Assembly: GCA_024222295.1 (NCBI GenBank) | Contig: JAAEPF010000033.1 | Location: forward strand, 31,691-95,690 | Direction: 5' to 3' | Source: Actinomycetes bacterium | GTDB taxonomy: Bacteria; Actinomycetota; Acidimicrobiia; Acidimicrobiales; Microtrichaceae | Length of the DNA: 64,000 bases | In this document: positions 57,446-64,000 of the stretch, piece after piece | Layout of the letters: every line of letters starts with the position of its first letter | Numbering within the stretch: position 1 is the first letter of the stretch | Translations under genes and position numbers: made by a program | The notes under the pieces: model-generated | What the model saw: only the letters and a program-made list of their open reading frames with translations | Databases searched by the model: none | What the model was told of the DNA's origin: nothing

Positions 57446-58656
57446 CAGCGCCTGCTCACGGATGTGGGCAGGGTGGCGAAGCCGCGCACGTTGACGGAGT
57501 GGACGCGTTGCGCGGCCTGGTGGTCCACCTCCCACCCGTCGACGCGGGCCAGCAGTTCCTCGAGGCACACCCTGGCCTCCAGCCTGGCCAGCGAAGCCCC
57601 GAGACAGAAGTGGCGGCCGGTGCCGAAGCTCAGCAGGTCAGACGTGTCGCGTCCGATGTCGTATCGGTCGGCGTTGTCGAACACCGACTCGTCACGGTTG
57701 GCGGAGCCGGCCAGCAGCAGGACCCGGCCGCCCTCCGGGATCGTCACACCATGCAGCTCGACCTCGCGGGTGGTTGTGCGGGCCAGCATCTGCGAGGAAG
57801 TGTCGTAGCGAAGGGTCTCCTCCACCCACTGGGGGATCATCTCCGGTTCGGCCAGCACCCTGGCCTTCTGCGCGGGGTTCATCGCAGCCCAGTACCACGC
57901 GTTGGCCAGCAGCTTCGTGGTGGTCTCGTTGCCTGCGACGACCATGAGGAACAGGAAGCCCATGACCTCTTGCTCGGTCAGCCGGTCGCCGTCGATCTCG
58001 GCGTCCAGCAGGGCAGAGGTGAGGTCGTCGGTGCGTCGGGACCGGCGCTCGGAGATCATGTCGCTGTAGTAGGAGACCAGCGAGATCGCTGCCTCCGCGC
58101 CCGCCTGGGGTACGTCCTCGACGCCCTCGTCGCGGTGCACCAGCAGGTCCGCGAGCCTGCGCAGCTCATCGCGGTCGGCTGCGGGCACGCCCATCATCTC
58201 GGACACGATGTCCATCGGAAGCTTGCCGGCGAAGTCCGCGACCATGTCGAACGTGTCGGAGTCCAGGGCGACGTCCAGGTGTCGACGGCTGATGTCGCGG
58301 ATGTTGTCCTCCATCAGCGAGACGCGCCTGGGCGTGAACCCCTTCGACACGAGGGCTCGCATGCGGGTGTGTCGAGGCGGGTCCATCGCGAGGAACGACA
58401 TGGTGCGGTGGGCGTCGGGCCCGGTTGCGGCGGGATCGAGGCTGACGCCGTGCGAGCTGGAGTAGGTATCGGAGTCCCTGAACGCCGCGGCGACGTCGTC
58501 GTGGCGCGACAGCGCCCAGAACGCCTTCTCCTCGTTGTGGTAGCAGGGTGCCTCGGTCCGCAGGCGGGCGTAGGTGGGGTAGGGGTCCTCGTGGATCGCG
58601 TAGTCGTAGGGGTTGTAGCGCAGCGGACCGGCCGCGGTGCTGTCGAGCAGGGTCAT
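57445..58656 (-). CDS. Cytochrome P450
   Basis: Heme-binding FGTGRHFCLGASLA, EETLR (ExxR), I-helix VVAGNETT. Confidence 0.9.
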   Translation of the reverse strand: MTLLDSTAAGPLRYNPYDYAIHEDPYPTYARLRTEAPCYHNEEKAFWALSRHDDVAAAFRDSDTYSSSHGVSLDPAATGPDAHRTMSFLAMDPPRHTRMRALVSKGFTPRRVSLMEDNIRDISRRHLDVALDSDTFDMVADFAGKLPMDIVSEMMGVPAADRDELRRLADLLVHRDEGVEDVPQAGAEAAISLVSYYSDMISERRSRRTDDLTSALLDAEIDGDRLTEQEVMGFLFLMVVAGNETTTKLLANAWYWAAMNPAQKARVLAEPEMIPQWVEETLRYDTSSQMLARTTTREVELHGVTIPEGGRVLLLAGSANRDESVFDNADRYDIGRDTSDLLSFGTGRHFCLGASLARLEARVCLEELLARVDGWEVDHQAAQRVHSVNVRGFATLPTSVSRR

Positions 58657-59264
58657 CGTGAATCCTCCCGGTCGTTGGTGTCGCCGAACACGACGGCAGC
58701 CACCTCGGCGGTGCGTTCGGGCAGTTCGGCGTAGTCGAGGTGTCCCATCCCAGCCGTGAGCAGCAGCCCGGAGAATGCGGCGTCGAGCGTCAGTAGCTGT
58801 GAGGGCGAGGCGTCGTTTCCCACGGCGGCACGGATGAGCTGTGCGGTGCGCATGCCGATCTCGTCGCGGAGCGCGGCGACCTCTGCATCGTCGGAGAGCA
58901 TGGCCACGGTCACGGCTGCGGCGAGTTGGGGCTCGTCGGCAACCAGGAGGCTGAGGGGCCGCAGCACCTCGGTGACGCGTTGTGCCGGTGGCAGTGACGT
59001 GTCGACGGCCGGGTCGCCGAGCGCGAAGACACGCCGCCGGTAGACCTCGGTGACGAGGTGTTCCCTGGAGGCGAAATAGGTGTACGCGGTTGCCGGAGCG
59101 ACGCCTGCTCGACGTGCGACGTTGCGTACCGTCAGCCCGCTCCAGGAATGCGCGCGGAGCTCGTCTGCGCTGGCCGCGACCAGCCGGGCCAGGGTCTCGG
59201 CCTGGCGGTCGGTGAGGGTGCGGCGGGTGTTGGCCTCGGCCCCCGGCGTGACGGAACTGGACAT
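58653..59264 (-). CDS. TetR/AcrR-family transcriptional regulator
   Basis: LTVRNVARRAGVAPATAYTYFASREHL HTH. ATG 59264. Its stop overlaps the P450 start (ATGA). Confidence 0.85.
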   Translation of the reverse strand: MSSSVTPGAEANTRRTLTDRQAETLARLVAASADELRAHSWSGLTVRNVARRAGVAPATAYTYFASREHLVTEVYRRRVFALGDPAVDTSLPPAQRVTEVLRPLSLLVADEPQLAAAVTVAMLSDDAEVAALRDEIGMRTAQLIRAAVGNDASPSQLLTLDAAFSGLLLTAGMGHLDYAELPERTAEVAAVVFGDTNDREDSR

Positions 59265-59331
59265 CTGTCCAGACAGTAGTACGAGTTGGCGCGGACCGCT
59301 GCGCTTCGAAGCAGCGCTACCGTCAGAATCG

Positions 59332-60213
59332 ATGGAAGCGACAGAAGACTCAGAACTGCAGGCGCTGCGTGAGCGGACGGCAGAGCTCGAAGCGGCGCTG
59401 GCCGGGGCCCGCAATGACAACCGCAAGGCAGTGGTGCGCCGCCGCCAGGAAAAGGAGCTGCGGCCGTACCAGGTTGAGCTGCTGAAGCTCCAGCGCCACC
59501 TCGAAGAAGAGGATCGCCGGATGATCATCCTTTTCGAGGGACGCGACGCGGCGGGCAAGGGCGGCACCATACGCCGCGTCGCGCGCTACATGAACGAGAA
59601 GCACTACCGCGTGGTCGCCCTCGGCAAGCCCACCGAGGAGCAGCGCTCCCAGTGGTACTTCCAGCGGTACGTGGCGCAGTTCCCGACGGGCGGGGAGATC
59701 GTGCTGTTCGACCGCTCGTGGTACAACCGCTCGATGGTCGAGCCGGTCCTCGGCTTCTGCACCTCCGAGGAGCACCGTAACTTCATGAAAGGTGTCGTGG
59801 GGTTCGAAAAGGACCTGGTGCGCCAGGGGACCCTGCTGCTCAAGCTCTACTTCTCGGTGACCCGCAAGGAGCAGGCGCGGCGCTTCGAGAGGCGCCGCAA
59901 CGATCCGCTGCGGCAGTGGAAGCTGTCCGAGGTCGACGCCCAGGCCCAGGACCTGTGGGACGAGTTCACCACCGCCAAGTACGAGATGCTCAAGCGCACC
60001 CACACGTCCAACGCGCCGTGGACCATCATCCGCTCACAGGACAAGCACAACGCCCGCCTCAACGCGATGAAGGTGATCCTCGACTCGGTCGACTACGAGG
60101 GGCGCAACCAAGCCCTCGATTTCGTGCCCGATCCCTCGATCGTGGTGTCGGGCGCGCACGAGATCGAGATGATGGAAGCCGACCGCATCAGGCGCGGCCG
60201 CTTCAAGCACTAG
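59332..60213 (+). CDS. ppk2: Polyphosphate kinase 2
   Basis: ILFEGRDAAGKGGTI (Walker A), FDRSWYNR, RWKLSEVD. ATG 59332. Confidence 0.88.
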   Translation: MEATEDSELQALRERTAELEAALAGARNDNRKAVVRRRQEKELRPYQVELLKLQRHLEEEDRRMIILFEGRDAAGKGGTIRRVARYMNEKHYRVVALGKPTEEQRSQWYFQRYVAQFPTGGEIVLFDRSWYNRSMVEPVLGFCTSEEHRNFMKGVVGFEKDLVRQGTLLLKLYFSVTRKEQARRFERRRNDPLRQWKLSEVDAQAQDLWDEFTTAKYEMLKRTHTSNAPWTIIRSQDKHNARLNAMKVILDSVDYEGRNQALDFVPDPSIVVSGAHEIEMMEADRIRRGRFKH

Positions 60214-60572
60214 CTGGTCTGTTCCTCGACCTGACGGCGCACGTCGTCCATGTCGAGCCCTTCGGCCTGCTTGATCAGGTCCTCGAGTGCGTCCTGGGGA
60301 ATCGCCCCGGCCTGGTTGAAGAGCAGGATGCCGTCACGGAACATCATCAGCGTGGGGATGGACATCACACCGAGGGAGCCTGCCAGTGCCTGCTCCGCCT
60401 CGGTGTCGACCTTGCCGAAGGTGATGTCCTCGTGCTTCTCGGAGGCCTCCTCGAAGATGGGGCCGAACATCTTGCAGGGTCCGCACCACTCCGCCCACAG
60501 GTCCACCAGCACGATTCCGTCCTTGCTGATGGTGGGTTCGAACGTGCCGGCGGTGAGGTCGACGGTTGCCAT
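60210..60572 (-). CDS. trxA: Thioredoxin
   Basis: VDLWAEWCGPCKMF active site. 120 aa. ATG 60572. Its stop overlaps the ppk2 stop (CTAG). Confidence 0.9.
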   Translation of the reverse strand: MATVDLTAGTFEPTISKDGIVLVDLWAEWCGPCKMFGPIFEEASEKHEDITFGKVDTEAEQALAGSLGVMSIPTLMMFRDGILLFNQAGAIPQDALEDLIKQAEGLDMDDVRRQVEEQTS

Positions 60573-60618
60573 TGGGTGCTCCAATCGGGGGGTTCAGGTC
60601 TCACACATGCTAACCCAG

Positions 60619-60634
60619 ATACCCTGTGGGGTAT
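60619..60634. promoter_or_regulatory. CsoR-family-like operator ATACCC-TGTG-GGGTAT in the trxA / monooxygenase divergent intergenic region
   Basis: 6-bp perfect arms. Resembles TACCC-N-GGGTA type CsoR operators by recall. No csoR gene in the window. Confidence 0.3.
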
Positions 60635-60729
60635 TCCCGGATCCGACTCCGGTGACCTGTGTGGTTCGTTAGGGTACGGCGGGACGGGGCCAGCCGGACA
60701 GAGGTGGAGCCAGGTGGACAGGAGCCAAC

Positions 60730-62235
60730 ATGGCCGATGAGGGGAATCGCACGGTCGAGCCCGGCATCGCGCCCGGCACCGAGAGCGTGCGGGTCGCCGT
60801 CATCGGGGCCGGCGCAGGCGGCCTCTGCATGGGCATGCGCCTGAAGGCCGAAGGCATCCACGACTTCGTCATCATCGAGAAGTCAGATGGTGTCGGCGGC
60901 ACATGGCGCGACAACAGCTACCCCGATGCAGCCTGTGACGTCCCCTCGCACTTCTACAGCTTCTCCTTCGCGCCCAACCCCGAGTGGTCCCGCAAGTGGG
61001 CGAAGCAGCCGGAGATCCTCGACTACTTCGAAGGGCTCGTCGACCGCTTCGGGCTCGGCGCGCACCTGCGTCTGCACACCGAGATCGCCGAGGCGACCTG
61101 GTCCGGCGACGATTGCCGTTGGACCATTCGCACCACTGCCGGAAGCACCTTCGTCGCCGACATCGTCGTCAGCGGGCTGGGCCAGCTGAACATGCCCCAC
61201 ATGCCCGACATCGCGGGGCTGGGCTCGTTCGCCGGTACGGTCTTCCACTCGGCGCGCTGGGACCACGACCACTCCCTCGAAGGGGAACGGGTCGGCGTGA
61301 TCGGCATCGGCGCCTCCGCCATCCAGTTCGTCCCTCCGGTGGCCCGCGAGGCCGCTCACACCACCCTGTTCCAACGTTCCCCCAACTACGTGGCCCCCAA
61401 GCCCGACCGCGAGTTCCGCCCGTGGGAGCGGTGGGCGTTCCGCAACGTGCCGGGCTTGCGCGCCGCCTACCGCGGCTGGATCTGGGCGAAGCTCGAGACC
61501 CGCTTCTCGCTCATGCGGCGAGGCTCGTGGATGGGGTCGATGCTGCAGAAGCGCTACGGGCAGGAGGTGGCGAAGCTTGCCTCCGAGCGGCTCCCGGAGG
61601 AGGCGCTCGTGCCCGACTACCCGCCGGGCTGCAAACGGGTGCTGATCGCGGACGACTGGTTTCCCACGCTCGCCCGCAGCGACGTGGACGTGGTGACAGC
61701 GGGTGTGGATGCGATCACGCCCGACGGTGTCGATACCGACGACGGGGAACACCACGAGCTGGACACCCTCATCTTCGGGACCGGGTTCGAGACGACACAC
61801 TTCCTGACCCCGCTGAAGATCACCGGCGCCGGTGGCCGCGACCTCAATGAGTCGTGGAGTGACGGGGCGGTCGCCTATCTCGGTCTGTCGGTGGCCGGAT
61901 TCCCCAACTTCTTCATGCTGTACGGCCCCAACACCAACCTGGGTCACAACTCGATCCTGTTCATGATCGAACAGCAGGTGAACTACGTGCTCGCGGCAAT
62001 GCGCCAGCTCGACCAGCGGGGAGCCGCTGCGATCGACATCACCGAAGGTGCCCTCACGCGCTGGGACGAGGAGATCGTGCGGCGATCGGAGGACACCGTC
62101 TGGTCGGCCGACTGCACCAGTTGGTACAAGACCGAGGACGGTCGCGTCACCAACAACTGGGTGGGCCACACCACCGAGTACCGCAAGCGCATGCGCCGAC
62201 CCGACTGGGCCGACTGGCGCTTCGTTCGCTGCTGA
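60730..62235 (+). CDS. Class B flavoprotein monooxygenase (Baeyer-Villiger/FMO type)
   Basis: VAVIGAGAGGL (FAD GxGxxG), GVGGTWRDNSYP, second Rossmann VGVIGIGASA. Confidence 0.82.
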   Translation: MADEGNRTVEPGIAPGTESVRVAVIGAGAGGLCMGMRLKAEGIHDFVIIEKSDGVGGTWRDNSYPDAACDVPSHFYSFSFAPNPEWSRKWAKQPEILDYFEGLVDRFGLGAHLRLHTEIAEATWSGDDCRWTIRTTAGSTFVADIVVSGLGQLNMPHMPDIAGLGSFAGTVFHSARWDHDHSLEGERVGVIGIGASAIQFVPPVAREAAHTTLFQRSPNYVAPKPDREFRPWERWAFRNVPGLRAAYRGWIWAKLETRFSLMRRGSWMGSMLQKRYGQEVAKLASERLPEEALVPDYPPGCKRVLIADDWFPTLARSDVDVVTAGVDAITPDGVDTDDGEHHELDTLIFGTGFETTHFLTPLKITGAGGRDLNESWSDGAVAYLGLSVAGFPNFFMLYGPNTNLGHNSILFMIEQQVNYVLAAMRQLDQRGAAAIDITEGALTRWDEEIVRRSEDTVWSADCTSWYKTEDGRVTNNWVGHTTEYRKRMRRPDWADWRFVRC

Positions 62236-62243
62236 GCCTTGCG

Positions 62244-63800
62244 TTACAGCAGGGGCGCGACGATCGCCTCCACCAGTGACGGACCGGGCTCGGCGAGTGC
62301 GGCTTCTAGCTGGTCGGTGAACTCCTCGGCGCTGGTTGCCCTCGTGGCCTGCTCCACGCCCATTCCCCGCGCCAGGGACACGAAGTCGAGGTCGGGACCG
62401 GTCAGGTCGAGCATCGCCCGCGCACGTTCACCGCTGGCCGAGGCACCCACCCGGTCAAGCTCCATGTTGAGCACCGCGTAGGAGCTGTTGTTGAGCACCA
62501 CGGTGGTCACGTCCAGCCCCTCGCGCACCTGGGTCCACAGTGACTGCAGCGTGTACATGGCGCTTCCGTCGGCTTCGAGGTTCAGCACCTTGCGGTCCGG
62601 TGCGGCTATGGCCGCGCCCGTCGCCACCGGCATCCCGTAGCCGATGGCCCCGCCCGTGAGGCACAGCCAGTCGTGTGGTGGGCAGCCCGCCGTGGCGCCG
62701 GCCACGAACAGCCCGGTCGTGTTGCCTTCGTCGGCCACGATCGCCCCCTCGGGAAGCACCGCTCCGATCGCATTGGCCAGGGTTTCGGCCGCCAGCTCTC
62801 CGGTGGGACGGTCAGGGCGCCCGGGCTGCTGAACCGGCGCAGGGGCATCGGCGCCGAGGGCATCCGCGAGTGACCGCAAGGCCTCGGTCGAGTCGTCGCC
62901 CGGTGCCGTCAGCACGTGAATCTCGCAGCCCTCGGGTACCAGGTCCGATGCCTTGTCGGGGTAGGCGAAGAACGACACCGGATGTGCCGCCTCCACCAGT
63001 ACGAGGTGCTTGAGGCCGTCCAGCTGCATCTGGGCGAACTCTGCGAGGTAGCCGAGGCGCTCGGCCGCCACCCGCCCCGCCCCGCGCTCCATGCGGGGCG
63101 GGAAGGTCTCGGCCAGCAGCTTGGTGCCGTTGGCCGCACAGGCCTGACCGGCCAGGTCGAGCGGCTCCGCCATGCATGCCGGCCCGCCGAGCAGCAGCGC
63201 AGCCGGCTCGCCGGAGCTGAGGGCCGCAGCGGCGGCTGAAACGCGATCGGAATCGACCGGATGGCGTGATGGCACGCGGTCCGGCGCCACCGGACCGGCG
63301 GAGTCCAGCCAGCACAGGTCGGCGGGCACCACGAGGGTGGCGACCTGTGCTGGTGGGCCATGGGTCGCAGCAACGGCCGCCGCGGTGTCAGACGCGAGTT
63401 CGTCGACGCTGGTGGACGCGCGGACCCACCCCTCGAGGCTCGAGGCGATCGAGGCGATGTCCGACTGCAGCGGTGCGTCGTAGCGGGCGTGGTAGGTGGC
63501 GTGGTCGCCCACGATGTTGAGCAGGGGTGTATGTGCTCGGCGGGCGTTGTGCAGGTTGGCGAGGCCGTTTCCCAGTCCCGGACCCAGGTGCAACAGCACT
63601 CCGGCCGGACCACCCGCCATTCGGGCGTAGCCATCGGCGGCGCCGGTGGCGACTCCCTCGTAGAGCGCGAGCACGCCCTTCATCCGCGGCTCGTCGTCGA
63701 GGGCGGCAACGAAGTGCATCTCGGAGGTGCCGGGGTTCATGAAGCAGGTGTCCACTCCCGCGTCGAGGAGGGTGCGGATCATCGCCTGTGCGCCGTTCAT
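62244..63800 (-). CDS. Thiamine-pyrophosphate-dependent enzyme (acetolactate synthase large-subunit-like)
   Basis: MNGAQAMIRTLLDAGVDTCFMNPGTSEMH N-terminal TPP-PYR domain. GAIGYGMPVATGAA...LEADGSAMY TPP-binding motif. Confidence 0.82.
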   Translation of the reverse strand: MNGAQAMIRTLLDAGVDTCFMNPGTSEMHFVAALDDEPRMKGVLALYEGVATGAADGYARMAGGPAGVLLHLGPGLGNGLANLHNARRAHTPLLNIVGDHATYHARYDAPLQSDIASIASSLEGWVRASTSVDELASDTAAAVAATHGPPAQVATLVVPADLCWLDSAGPVAPDRVPSRHPVDSDRVSAAAAALSSGEPAALLLGGPACMAEPLDLAGQACAANGTKLLAETFPPRMERGAGRVAAERLGYLAEFAQMQLDGLKHLVLVEAAHPVSFFAYPDKASDLVPEGCEIHVLTAPGDDSTEALRSLADALGADAPAPVQQPGRPDRPTGELAAETLANAIGAVLPEGAIVADEGNTTGLFVAGATAGCPPHDWLCLTGGAIGYGMPVATGAAIAAPDRKVLNLEADGSAMYTLQSLWTQVREGLDVTTVVLNNSSYAVLNMELDRVGASASGERARAMLDLTGPDLDFVSLARGMGVEQATRATSAEEFTDQLEAALAEPGPSLVEAIVAPLL

Positions 63801-63813
63801 GTGTTTCTCCAGT

Positions 63814-64000
63814 TCAGAAGATCGTGCCGGGATTCATGATCCCGTTGGGGTCGAAGGCGGCCTTGATGCGCCGCATGAGCTCGACCTTGACGGGGTTCTC
63901 GAGGGCGAGGAAGTGCTCGCGCTTGGCCTCGCCTATGCCGTGTTCGGCAGAGATGGCGCCACCCATCGCGGTGCCGGCGTCGAACAGCTCGTGCATGATC
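63814..64000 (-). CDS. FAD-linked oxidase (GlcD-like), C-terminal end (5' part outside window)
   Basis: GGAISAEHGIGEAKREHF...IKAAFDPNGIMNPGTIF is the typical GlcD/FAD-oxidase C-terminus. The ORF runs off the window edge. Confidence 0.75.
   Translation of the reverse strand, partial: IMHELFDAGTAMGGAISAEHGIGEAKREHFLALENPVKVELMRRIKAAFDPNGIMNPGTIF

Overview
The window is a 64 kb, gene-dense, high-G+C chromosomal segment with roughly 65 protein genes. I found no rRNA, tRNA, CRISPR array, integrase or transposase by eye. Codon bias, MMPL and F420/PPOX-type genes, leaderless-looking starts and many 4-nt start/stop overlaps point to an aquatic actinobacterium, possibly Acidimicrobiia-like (inference only). 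Most genes are ordinary metabolism and transport.

Two regions stand out:

1. About 2.7-5.6 kb: a lower-G+C patch carries a xanthorhodopsin/actinorhodopsin-like DTE proton-pump rhodopsin next to a 5'-truncated HK97-type phage capsid gene. No retinal-synthesis genes are in the window.
2. About 17.4-24.7 kb: a quaternary-amine (OpuC-type) ABC importer is transcribed divergently from a single ORF. That ORF fuses a PhyH-type Fe/2OG hydroxylase to a PhnZ/MIOX-type HD diiron oxygenase, and it is translationally coupled to an NPP-family phosphodiesterase and an unknown protein. I read this as a candidate one-polypeptide oxidative C-P cleavage (organophosphonate) module. It is my best candidate for an undescribed system.

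Other notable elements:
- a CueR-type operator and leaderless copA-copZ unit
- a phosphorus-economy theme (PhoX-like, two NPPs, PPK2, PPi-PFK, ThrH)
- a TetR-P450-SDR-ALDH operon
- c-di-GMP parts
- a tandemly triplicated terminator tail
- several operator-like palindromes

All product calls rest on motif recall, not on searches.
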